Assembly (NCBI GenBank): GCA_034723395.1
Contig: JAYEOW010000029.1
Span: forward strand, 86,828 to 150,827
From: Candidatus Margulisiibacteriota bacterium
GTDB taxonomy: Bacteria; Margulisbacteria; WOR-1; O2-12-FULL-45-9
Direction of reading: 5' to 3'
DNA: 64,000 nucleotides
The translations under genes were made by a program, and so were the position numbers. Of the stretch, positions 53,101 through 61,020 are shown in pieces. The first letter of the stretch is position 1; each line of letters begins with the position of its first letter. Below the pieces are notes generated by a model. That model ran no database searches. It had not been told where the DNA came from and saw only the letters and a list, made by a program, of their open reading frames with translations.

Positions 53101-55264
53101 GCCAGGCGGATTGGTTAGAAGGTTTAGGGACCTGTTTATTGTAGGCGGCGATCCAGTTGAGGACACTTTCGTTAGGGAGCCCCCTGGTTAAGACCTTAGC
53201 GGCGCGGAAGAAGGCGGTGTAGCTTCTTTTCCCGACTTTATTTCTCCCGTAAACTTCCAGCTCCCATTTACGGAGCTGCCTAAACACTTTATCTGTGCCG
53301 AGTTTAAGGATATTTGTCCCCTCCAGATCCTTGGCAATAAAACCCATCTGGATCAAACAGGCGGCGGCCATCCTTTTTACCTGCTGGTAATGGATCCCTT
53401 GCAGATAAGGGACGGAGGCTTGAAGCATTTTATAGGCTTTCTGTAGTTTCTTAAATACCTCAGTCTGTTTGTTGAGTCTCCCCGCCTGATACTGGAGGAT
53501 CTGGGCCCTTAACATGCGGACCTGGCCGCGGCTGAAGAGGATCTCAGAGACGATCTGGTCCTGGACCGGGACCCCCCGCTCTTTTCCGAAAAGGAAGCGT
53601 TTCTTAATAGCAAGGAAGAAGGGGTTGCGGATCTTCATGAACTTTCTTTTGGTTCTAAGCTGATCGAAAATATCTTTAAGATTGGTCTGCAGCGCGCTGA
53701 TCGCGTCATCGGCTAATTTAAAATATTTTTTAGTGGCAGCTTTGTCGGGAGCGGTTAAGGCCAATTGGACCATGATCTCGGCGCGGAGGAGGGCATCGAC
53801 CCCTTCGGCGCGCTGTATCCTGGTTTGGGCTTTTTTAGGATATTTTGCGAGAATTTGGAAAAGGAGCTTATGCCGCTGGTTTCTGGTAAGCGGAGGAGTA
53901 AGCTTTAACCCTCTGCCAAAACCTAATTTTTGAATGTGTCTTATTTGTTTCCGGTCGGGACTGCCCGAGACGATAAGCAGGGCAACCTTTGTCCTCCAAT
54001 AGGGAGACCTTATCTTATAATTGAGGCTCCGGCTTAACAGGTAACTTTTTGGGTTGCCGTTTTCGCGGTGGAGCATCCATTGGATAATATGCTCGCCAAA
54101 GATTGCCGCGGTATATATCTGGACCTTAAAGTACTCGTGCATAAAAGCTATTCCGGCGTTTATTCGATCCATCTTTCTGGTATGCTGAGCCCGGTTTGTT
54201 CTCATCCGCGTTTCTGAATCTTTGATCTTTTTGCTGTTTTCCTCGATCAGGCCGCCGGGCGAAAGGATATGCGGCCGGGTAAAACCGTAGGGGAGAAAGC
54301 GAGTCTCCTTATGGGTGGTTATGGGGGCAAGCGTAATCTTACCCGAGCGGATGTTGGAGCTAAAGAGACTGGTATATTTGGAGAGGGCAGCTTTATAGGC
54401 GCTTTTTTCCAGCTTGGTCTTAATCCCCCATTTTTCCTCTTTGTTCATATTAAAGTAGACATAACCTTTTATCTTGTTTTTTGGATTGGTAGCGTAGTTT
54501 ACAAAATCGGTCAGACAGGCGGTGTTGTTTTTGGCGCAGCCGAATTCACCGATCATCATCGGGTGGCCCAGGGTTTTTAGATACTGGAGGGTCCCGTCAA
54601 ATATATCGGAGGCCTTATAAGTTCCGGTCCAGTTGTAGCCGTCGGGGGCTACCCAGTCGACATATTTTCTCCCCGGGTAATACTTGTCGGGACGCGAGCT
54701 GACGTCCGGGTTCCAAACCCAGGTAATGTTGCAGGCGCCGGCCTTCTTCATTACCGCGTGGACATGGCGCCAGGCCTTGATGTAGAGTGCAGGATTTCCC
54801 GCCCATGGGTACCAGTCGCTGTTCATTTCATGGGCAAAAGAGACAAAGACCGGTTTGCCGAATGCCTTTGCCCCTTTGGCGAATTTTATCAATAGCTGGT
54901 CAAATTTGCCGGCCACAATATCTTCGAGGCTGTATTTATTTAATAATTTAGTCAGTTTTTGGATAACGTAAAGCCGTTTTTTTGCCTTACTTAGCCGCTT
55001 CCATTTTTTGGGATTAAATGGCTCAAGTTTAATAAAAAGGGCCCTCCCTTTTGCCGCGGCGGTTTTTGCCCTGGCGGTCGGGAAGTTGAGCCCGGTGGAA
55101 AAAGCGATAAAGTTTGCTTCGATATCGACCCCTGTCCCCGACATTGCGGCAAAGGTATCTGCGGTTTTCCCGCTCTTTGGCGTATTATCCCCGGGGAATA
55201 TCCCTTGATAGACTCCCCCATTAGGAGCGGGCGTTATTTTTTTACACATTAATGGTTCGCTCAT
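50144..55264 (-). CDS. GH26 catalytic domain, long TPR region and C-terminal predicted outer-membrane beta-barrel (1706 aa)
   Basis: GH26 motifs FAHEMNSDWYPW, WVWNPD, YYPG..YVDWVAPDGYN, MMIGEFG; TPR-like helices; C-terminal amphipathic strands ending WSWGLGFNWLLRF. Confidence 0.8.
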   Translation of the reverse strand: MSEPLMCKKITPAPNGGVYQGIFPGDNTPKSGKTADTFAAMSGTGVDIEANFIAFSTGLNFPTARAKTAAAKGRALFIKLEPFNPKKWKRLSKAKKRLYVIQKLTKLLNKYSLEDIVAGKFDQLLIKFAKGAKAFGKPVFVSFAHEMNSDWYPWAGNPALYIKAWRHVHAVMKKAGACNITWVWNPDVSSRPDKYYPGRKYVDWVAPDGYNWTGTYKASDIFDGTLQYLKTLGHPMMIGEFGCAKNNTACLTDFVNYATNPKNKIKGYVYFNMNKEEKWGIKTKLEKSAYKAALSKYTSLFSSNIRSGKITLAPITTHKETRFLPYGFTRPHILSPGGLIEENSKKIKDSETRMRTNRAQHTRKMDRINAGIAFMHEYFKVQIYTAAIFGEHIIQWMLHRENGNPKSYLLSRSLNYKIRSPYWRTKVALLIVSGSPDRKQIRHIQKLGFGRGLKLTPPLTRNQRHKLLFQILAKYPKKAQTRIQRAEGVDALLRAEIMVQLALTAPDKAATKKYFKLADDAISALQTNLKDIFDQLRTKRKFMKIRNPFFLAIKKRFLFGKERGVPVQDQIVSEILFSRGQVRMLRAQILQYQAGRLNKQTEVFKKLQKAYKMLQASVPYLQGIHYQQVKRMAAACLIQMGFIAKDLEGTNILKLGTDKVFRQLRKWELEVYGRNKVGKRSYTAFFRAAKVLTRGLPNESVLNWIAAYNKQVPKPSNQSAWLKQINAYTRIWLAKLELVNLQEQRKGHPNQYLKIQKQKIKIIERMLRIVAKIGIDPDILSDVLTALSEALAQQAFITLNLGSRTASAKFLTSAKAYLIKALKNASPQTRADINLWLAKILYIEAGNSDTTQARRRILVIAQKHISKALGPDILRGPQLSYALQTQGEIYLLQKKLSKALVEINKAINIFPQNYGARAIRADIYSQQGHHQLAIDKYNALLAAIRKSFPHPDLKARIKLGIAEAKMRKGENYSNKNVAALELAVPDVLNNQAVGSFLITRAISALIEAYGTNEDWHDKIIFITKYLLGQKVENGSLPKALKDSLTKIKDVANVYPRFRAILYLKLAETLIWRKKFAEASKVSNGDGIPKALLDQVIKKDSELYPAYLLVKAELTMRKTRTSGSVMKLSLQRAIFQARQEDLDPNLYTRLILDQMEGLSYEKRFKKMVELGLKYQKYHLGKIKKLFTLKGRPISFLKFKYKLWLKIANAYSWLAGKLGRKGKAAQSTKFYRLSLRELTRILKATKNIPDTLPYGDLKKIFQGQVYVSRGDIYLADWKNPKFQPSKGKAWKTEKYDLSEKWYNQARTTLEGLTEYSKDAKIAMTSTFFGLGELYRFAKGKRDYQLSKTNYEKAEGWALKLPVLNEDRDVLMTKLNFGLAKLEQQEGNNSLAWVRLSKALKLYKRILVPPEELKGPLLRMKQDVYEPHITTGFEMFNDVSAIETRLGITLRLPVWRDQLTLYAQNFTDHRTDIRGRSTVNNTYLGLKLKPDFLKKRVTLDFKWKALIPKYLPLRSGGSENAAAVKPLYFRRPDIGLSLSYWGKYFTAAYSWNKNIENKLLDTHYLSIMGNIGATKNPFAQIKVGLILNLYNFVFLNNTGNEETRNRRSLALGLNYELDLAELLKPRISHNLLKIRAFVNIPIYEREYNPAQGITTHRTIGTGPWQWGLGLEYNMGKYGRIQLTGNVSHQNTTTFKYWSWGLGFNWLLRF

Positions 55265-58200
55265 TGCCGTCTCCTATATTGTTGTAATCGCAGCTCTCGC
55301 TGTTGTACGCTAAGTTTTAACATAGGGACATCGGTGTCTTCTCCGATATTGGTGCTTTCCAAGATAAAGGCGGCCCGATGTTCCACGTCGTAGAGCGAAG
55401 AGGATCGGGCGGCGGCCATGTAGGCGCTTTGGGCGTACTGGTACATCCGGTGCGGTTTCCGGAGGATCCCGTAGATGGTGGTCAAAGTATGATAAATCTC
55501 TGCCTGCAGGGTATTCATATCCCAGGCATTGATATCGGCATAGGAGGCGATAAAATTCTTTGAATTAGCATCCAATTTCTTGACCGCCTTGATAAAAACA
55601 GCTAAGGCTGCAAGGCTTTTTGTTTTGTTTCTTCTTCTGACTTGAAGCAGCAGGGCGCGGAATTTGGTCTTTATCTCTTTGTAGCTTGCGGGATGATAGA
55701 CTTTGACATTATTTTTAATAAATACCTTTAAGACGCGAGTAATTCTCCCGATTTTATAAAAGTTTCTCTTTTGCAGATGCTTACGAAATGTTACGTTAAC
55801 ATTGTACATAAGATAAGGAGGAAGCATGGGGGCGGTCCGTTTTTCGATCTTCCTTAGTAGCCAGAGGGCGTATTCGGCCAATTTCATTTTTTTGCCGCTC
55901 TTTTTAAGGATCCGGTTTAGGACTACCGGATGTTTGCGAAGATGCGCAAGCTTATAGTCTTGCTTGATCTGGATAAAAACTGCCGCTTCTTTAAGGGTGG
56001 CGTTAATTTCAAGAGGGATCCCTGATACACTAGGGATCATCGGAGTATTCGTCTCTACCTGTTCGATAAGCTGGATCGTTCGCAGCGGATTGTAATGTCT
56101 TACTCGGGTAAATTTGTATTTCCCGTTCTTATGTCTAGGGGCGATTCCGGTTAATTGCAGGGTTGCCTCTAAATAATCGAATTCGATCTTTATATATTCG
56201 GGAATGATCTTATCTTTTGCCAAGGCTTCGATCCTTGGCCGATGCTTTGCACAGAAAGCGAGCAGTGCTCCGGCATCAACAAGTGGAATTTGTCTATTGC
56301 CTCGTTTGAGGTAGTGAACAAATTCACCGCTGCGGATGGCGATCTCCAGCTCTTTTACGACCGACTGGGCGTAGAGATAGCGGTAATATTTTGGGATGCC
56401 GGTGAAATAGTAGTTCCGGGCGGTCTTGATCAGCTGATTTGCCTCTAATACCGGGATCTCGTTCCTTAATGCGGTAAATCTATCTAGCTCAGGGAAATGA
56501 ACTTTTGCTGCGTCTAACGCAGTTAGCAGCGCAGTTGGTTCCGGGATAACCGGTCGGCCCAACCCAAAATGAAAATAATTGACCCGGTCGGCTAAAAGCA
56601 TTAATAGTTCACCTTGTACAATTTTTGCCTGGTTATAGAAGAAGCGGTTTTTTATATCAGGGAGATCGGCCATCGCGGAAGCTTCCCGAAGTTCGATCAT
56701 CCCGTAAATCGTTTGGGAAAATTGATTAAAAATATCATCGATGCTTTTGTAGATCGGGCGGGCGGCGTAGAAAGCGGCCGATTTTAACAGTGCGATGCCG
56801 CGAAGCTGTTTATAAATTCCAACCAGGGCCAATCTTTTATCATCAACGGTGATATAGCTCTGATCAATATTAAAATCGAGGCCGTCTTCGATATCCTGCG
56901 GATAGATATTGATTGCTAGGTCGTGTTCTGGAAGATCGATACTAAATAAGCTGTTGTCGCTTTGGTTAAGGTCGATGACCTTGTTGTAGAGGTTGGCGGC
57001 CATTTGATAATGTCCCGGATCCTGGGTCAGGTTAGAGAGCCGATTGTATAGATCACCTAATAAAACGATCCCTTTGATGATGGAGTAGTAGTCGGGCTTT
57101 GAAGGATTAATGGTGTCAAATTGTACTGAGCGAAAATCTTTGATTGCCTCAACCGCGAGTTCGATGCCGGTCTCATAAAAATGTTCATCGCGATTTTCGA
57201 TTTGAGCATGCAGTTCAGCCTGGGTAAGCTTTAGGGCGGCCATATTGTAGCCCGAAGGGGCGCGGGACTTGCCGGTCGCCTGGTCGGCCAGGTATTGCTG
57301 GTCGATCCTTTGTTTAAAGATCTTGGCCATTCTTAATGCGCGGGCAAGTTTTAGCTGTTTATCAGGACTGGTGCTCTCGGTGATCTTTTGGACGTAGATC
57401 GAAAAGAGCATGATCGTGTTGTCCCAGTAGGTGCGGAAATCTCTAAGACAGGCATAGAGTTTGAACTTATGGTTTTTGTCGATCTGCTTTATCGCAGCTA
57501 GTTCTGGATACCGTTCCATCAATTTGTCGGTAGATAAAAGATGGATATCGGGATCAAGGACCCGGTTTACCGGCAGGCTGGCAACGGCATAAAGTATTTT
57601 CTCTAATTGGGTCAGAGTGGTCCTGGCTTCAACCTTGGTCCGGTTGAGCAGCGGCCGTCCGTAGGCATCGGTTTTTCCGAGTTCAGGATCGGGCACACCA
57701 AAGACGGGTGGAGGAAGGACACGCGACTTAATAGGAGTAGGAATAGGAGTAGGAGTAGGAGTAGGAGTAGGAGTAGGAGTAGGCGCTGGAGCTTTTGGTA
57801 ATCCAGTTGCCGGCAGACGCTTTGCCGGTATATATCTTACCCAATCGTATTGAGCTCTGAGCTGGCCGGTATATCTAAAATGCCCGAGCCAGCCGTCAAC
57901 ACCGACCCCCGGCCAAAGGTTCATCATAATTTTTCCCGGCTTACTCGGCAAGTTTTGAGGAGAACCGGTTACTTTATGAACGAGTTTTCGGTCTACGTAC
58001 CACTCGATCGAATTCTTTGTCCATTTTATTCCGTAGGTATGAAAGCCTTTTGAGGCGTCGAATCCGAGGTCGATTATTTTTTCATGATTCCCTTTTCCCC
58101 GGGTATAGTAGTTGAGCTGCATTTTGGTAGGATCTTTACCGAAGATCTCGATATCAATCTCATGGTGGCTCCTTTTTCCATATACACCGGTGTAGAAGAA

Positions 58201-58545
58201 AAGGGTAGAGGTGGTCCCAAATCCTTTGGCCGCTTTGAGCCGTGCTTCAAGCAGTCCGTAGCCGTAAGGGCGCAGGGTCCGCAGCTCGCCGGAGACATAA
58301 GGTTTATTAGAACACATAATGGGGCAGCCCTGATTATCAAGCACGAGGGACATGAACCCGTTCCGGTAAACGACCTTATCTGAGCGCCAGCCGTTATTAA
58401 AAGGGTTTCCGTTTGCCCAGCCGTGGGCTTTTTCCCATACGGAGATATCAAAGCTGTCCATATTATCATCTATGGATGAAGGACCAGGCTGTGCTGGAAT
58501 TAGGGTATTAATTGCCTCTGATATTACGGAAAAATTAAGTGACAT
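55261..58545 (-). CDS. GH16 (licheninase-like) domain, PT linker and large helical domain (1094 aa)
   Basis: SGELRT..YGYG, HEIDIEI (ExDxE), FDASKGFHTY, KIMMNLWPG; (PT)n linker; ATGA overlap with the downstream gene. Confidence 0.82.
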   Translation of the reverse strand: MSLNFSVISEAINTLIPAQPGPSSIDDNMDSFDISVWEKAHGWANGNPFNNGWRSDKVVYRNGFMSLVLDNQGCPIMCSNKPYVSGELRTLRPYGYGLLEARLKAAKGFGTTSTLFFYTGVYGKRSHHEIDIEIFGKDPTKMQLNYYTRGKGNHEKIIDLGFDASKGFHTYGIKWTKNSIEWYVDRKLVHKVTGSPQNLPSKPGKIMMNLWPGVGVDGWLGHFRYTGQLRAQYDWVRYIPAKRLPATGLPKAPAPTPTPTPTPTPTPIPTPIKSRVLPPPVFGVPDPELGKTDAYGRPLLNRTKVEARTTLTQLEKILYAVASLPVNRVLDPDIHLLSTDKLMERYPELAAIKQIDKNHKFKLYACLRDFRTYWDNTIMLFSIYVQKITESTSPDKQLKLARALRMAKIFKQRIDQQYLADQATGKSRAPSGYNMAALKLTQAELHAQIENRDEHFYETGIELAVEAIKDFRSVQFDTINPSKPDYYSIIKGIVLLGDLYNRLSNLTQDPGHYQMAANLYNKVIDLNQSDNSLFSIDLPEHDLAINIYPQDIEDGLDFNIDQSYITVDDKRLALVGIYKQLRGIALLKSAAFYAARPIYKSIDDIFNQFSQTIYGMIELREASAMADLPDIKNRFFYNQAKIVQGELLMLLADRVNYFHFGLGRPVIPEPTALLTALDAAKVHFPELDRFTALRNEIPVLEANQLIKTARNYYFTGIPKYYRYLYAQSVVKELEIAIRSGEFVHYLKRGNRQIPLVDAGALLAFCAKHRPRIEALAKDKIIPEYIKIEFDYLEATLQLTGIAPRHKNGKYKFTRVRHYNPLRTIQLIEQVETNTPMIPSVSGIPLEINATLKEAAVFIQIKQDYKLAHLRKHPVVLNRILKKSGKKMKLAEYALWLLRKIEKRTAPMLPPYLMYNVNVTFRKHLQKRNFYKIGRITRVLKVFIKNNVKVYHPASYKEIKTKFRALLLQVRRRNKTKSLAALAVFIKAVKKLDANSKNFIASYADINAWDMNTLQAEIYHTLTTIYGILRKPHRMYQYAQSAYMAAARSSSLYDVEHRAAFILESTNIGEDTDVPMLKLSVQQRELRLQQYRRRQ
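57731..57784 (-). repeat. 6-bp repeat encoding a Pro-Thr linker
   Basis: (GGAGTA)n on the plus strand encodes PTPTPTPTPTPTPIPTPI. Confidence 0.85.
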
Positions 58546-58569
58546 TTCACCTCTCCTTTCTATATATAT

Positions 58570-58597
58570 ATATCGTCACTTTTTGCCTAAAATTTCA
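58570..58597 (-). promoter_or_regulatory. Sigma-28-like promoter motif, copy 10
   Basis: TGAAATTT-taggcaaaaagtg-ACGATAT, then AGGAGAGG SD and ATG 58545. Confidence 0.75.
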
Positions 58598-58625
58598 GGT
58601 AATTTTGGGGGTTGGAAAGGGTAAA

Positions 58626-59420
58626 TTAGGGCGTAATACGCGATCCCTTTACCGGACATTTTGCGGGAGGTTTTCGTAGCCCGCTTGCCGGTGTATATTT
58701 TAACCAATCGTATTGGGCGGTGACAGGTTTTAGGTACTGAAAAGCGCCAAGCCAGGCATTTACTCCGGTTCCCGGCCAGAGATTCATCATGATTTTTGCC
58801 GGTTTGCTGGGAAGGGTTTTTGGCGTCCCCGTAACGCAATGGACCGATTTTCCGTCGACATACCAGATCAGCATCTTCTTTGCCCAGCGCATGCTGTAGG
58901 TGTGGAATCCTTTGGACGAATCAAAACCGAGGTTAATGATCTTTTCGTGTTTTCCTGCCCCGAAAGCGTAGTAATTGAGCTGCATCTTGCGGGGATTTTT
59001 ACCAAAGATTTCAATGTCGATCTCGTGATGGCTCGGTTTTCCCCATTTGCCGGTATAGAAGAAAAGAGTGGTGGTGGTTCCAGAGGCCTTGGCTGATTTA
59101 ATGCGGCTTCGGAGCAGGCCGTATTTATAAGATTTGTTGGATCGAAGCTCACCGGATACATAAGGTTTGCGGGAGCATCTTCCGGGGCAGCCGCGGTTAT
59201 CAAGCCGCAGATGCATTTTGCCATTTCGATAAAAAACCTTGTCGGATCTCCATCCATTATTAAATGGATTTCCATTGGTCCAGCCGTTTGCTTTGTGCCA
59301 GGTCCTGGAGTTGAATCGACTGAAGTTGTCGTCGATATTTCCGGCAGTTTTTCGCGGGCCGGGGGCCGACACAATGGCTCCGGTAATAGTATCTGAAGCT
59401 AGAGAAACTAGGTTCATCAT
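58626..59420 (-). CDS. Stand-alone GH16 beta-glucanase, paralog of the 55261-58545 N-terminal domain
   Basis: HHEIDIEIFG, KIMMNLWPG; NGNPFNNGWRSDKV shared with the neighbour. Confidence 0.88.
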   Translation of the reverse strand: MMNLVSLASDTITGAIVSAPGPRKTAGNIDDNFSRFNSRTWHKANGWTNGNPFNNGWRSDKVFYRNGKMHLRLDNRGCPGRCSRKPYVSGELRSNKSYKYGLLRSRIKSAKASGTTTTLFFYTGKWGKPSHHEIDIEIFGKNPRKMQLNYYAFGAGKHEKIINLGFDSSKGFHTYSMRWAKKMLIWYVDGKSVHCVTGTPKTLPSKPAKIMMNLWPGTGVNAWLGAFQYLKPVTAQYDWLKYTPASGLRKPPAKCPVKGSRITP

Positions 59421-59437
59421 TTTGTTAATCCCTTTTT

Positions 59438-59629
59438 TTATTTTTCCGGCGGAAGAATAAGGTTGCTGAATCTGGTTTCTGATACCACTTTTTGTTTGGC
59501 ATCATAAAATATGATTCTCGCGTATTCTTTACTCTTTCCATCAAGCGTATGGTGCAGGAAGCCTTTAAGCGTAACGCTTTTACTTCCGAGTCTGCGGCAG
59601 CTTTCTTGGCCTGGCGAGGTTCTTTGCAT
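59438..59629 (-). CDS. Small hypothetical protein (63 aa) or gene remnant
   Basis: ATG 59629 after GGGAG, downstream of motif copy 11; no recognisable domain. Confidence 0.35.
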   Translation of the reverse strand: MQRTSPGQESCRRLGSKSVTLKGFLHHTLDGKSKEYARIIFYDAKQKVVSETRFSNLILPPEK

Positions 59630-59687
59630 CCGACTCCCAGCTTTAGAGCTACTGCCGCTGCTGCCTCCTTGAAACTCTTCTAAATCG

Positions 59688-59715
59688 GTTTCGGCACCTT
59701 TTCTGGGAAATTTCA
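59688..59715 (-). promoter_or_regulatory. Sigma-28-like promoter motif, copy 11
   Basis: TGAAATTT-cccagaaaaggtg-CCGAAAC. Confidence 0.68.
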
Positions 59716-59793
59716 CTGTTTCGCAAAATAATTAGAAAAGATAATTTTATGGATAGATGAATATGATGAGTAAAATGCGTAAAAATAACGATC

Positions 59794-59822
59794 TTGACCA
59801 TTCTGTAGTACTGGTATATAAT
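59794..59822 (+). promoter_or_regulatory. Near-consensus sigma-70 promoter of a probable leaderless transcript
   Basis: TTGACC-17 nt-TATAAT, then 7 nt to ATG 59830. Confidence 0.75.
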
Positions 59823-59829
59823 GGTCAGT

Positions 59830-61020
59830 ATGGAAATAAAGAGAGATACTATAAATAGTTTAAATAAAGATATAGATGAGAGTTATGTAACTATTTTAGT
59901 TGGGTCCCGCCAGGTGGGGAAGACCTTCCTGTTGAGAAAAATTGCGGATTTTGCGAAAGCGAGAGGGTTAAAGACAGCTTTCTTTGACCTTGAGCAGCCT
60001 GATGTGTTAAACCGGTTTAATAAAAAAGACGCGGAAATTGTTAAATTTATTATGAGTGCGGGAGATGTGGTATTTCTGGATGAGTTCCATTATTTGAAAA
60101 ATGCTTCCCGTATTTTTAAAGCAATTTATGATAGCGGTAAAAAAATAAAAATATTTGCGTCAGGGTCTTCATCACTGGAGATCCATAAGCATCTTAAAGA
60201 ATCCCTGGCAGGGAGGAAGATGATCTATAGGATATATCCTTGTTCATTTGGAGAAATTTCTCAGGTTATTTCAGGAGATCCTTTGGATTATTATTTTAAA
60301 TATGGGGGGCTTCCCGGTCTCATCCATATCAAAGACGCGGAAAAACGAAAAAAACTTTTACTTGACATACTGCAATCTTATATATTAAAAGATATTAAGT
60401 CGCTTATAAAAGAAGAGAACATAAGGGCTTTTAACAATTTACTTTATTTATTAGCTCAATATCAGGGAGCGGTTGTTACCGTTGCTAGCCTGGCAAATGA
60501 GGTTGGGCTTACTGCCAAGAGCATAGAGGCCTACCTGGAAATATTATCGCAAACTTATATCAATTTTCCTCTGCATAGCTTTAGCCGGAATTATGGGAAT
60601 GAGTTGAAAAAATCAAAAAAATATTATCTGTATGATTTAGGGATCAGAAACGTGTTGCTGAAGAATTTTTCAGCTTTAACAGAAAGAGAAGATAAGGGAA
60701 TTATGGCCGAGAGTTTTGTCTTTTCCGAACTTAATTTCCAATTAACCCCGGAAACGGAGTTGAGGTTCTGGCGATTGAAAGATGGCACTGAAATTGATTT
60801 TATCTGGGTAAAGAATCAGAAACCTTTTCCTATCGAAGTGAAAACTAAATGCGGGAAAGGCGAGATCCCGGGAGGTTTAAAGGGATTTATAAATAGATAC
60901 CCAAAGACTGAAAAAGCCTTTATTCTTAATAAGAATTATAGAGGGAGCACAAGCTATAAGGATACGCCGATTTTTTATAGAAAATGGACAGATGCCACTT
61001 CAATCCCCGCGGAAGTTTAA
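59830..61020 (+). CDS. AAA_14 ATPase with DUF4143 C-terminal domain
   Basis: GSRQVGKT, FLDEFH, SGSSS, ESLAGR, YGGLP, KYYLYDLG, EIDF...IEVK. Confidence 0.9.
   Translation: MEIKRDTINSLNKDIDESYVTILVGSRQVGKTFLLRKIADFAKARGLKTAFFDLEQPDVLNRFNKKDAEIVKFIMSAGDVVFLDEFHYLKNASRIFKAIYDSGKKIKIFASGSSSLEIHKHLKESLAGRKMIYRIYPCSFGEISQVISGDPLDYYFKYGGLPGLIHIKDAEKRKKLLLDILQSYILKDIKSLIKEENIRAFNNLLYLLAQYQGAVVTVASLANEVGLTAKSIEAYLEILSQTYINFPLHSFSRNYGNELKKSKKYYLYDLGIRNVLLKNFSALTEREDKGIMAESFVFSELNFQLTPETELRFWRLKDGTEIDFIWVKNQKPFPIEVKTKCGKGEIPGGLKGFINRYPKTEKAFILNKNYRGSTSYKDTPIFYRKWTDATSIPAEV

Noticed and set aside
57731..57784. Phase-variable ON/OFF switch at the hexamer repeat
   Set aside because: 6-nt units keep the reading frame; this is an ordinary Pro-Thr linker of a glycoside hydrolase.
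59630..59716. N-terminal extension of ORF 59438-59716
   Set aside because: Its GTG start lies within promoter motif copy 11, so translation from there is unlikely.
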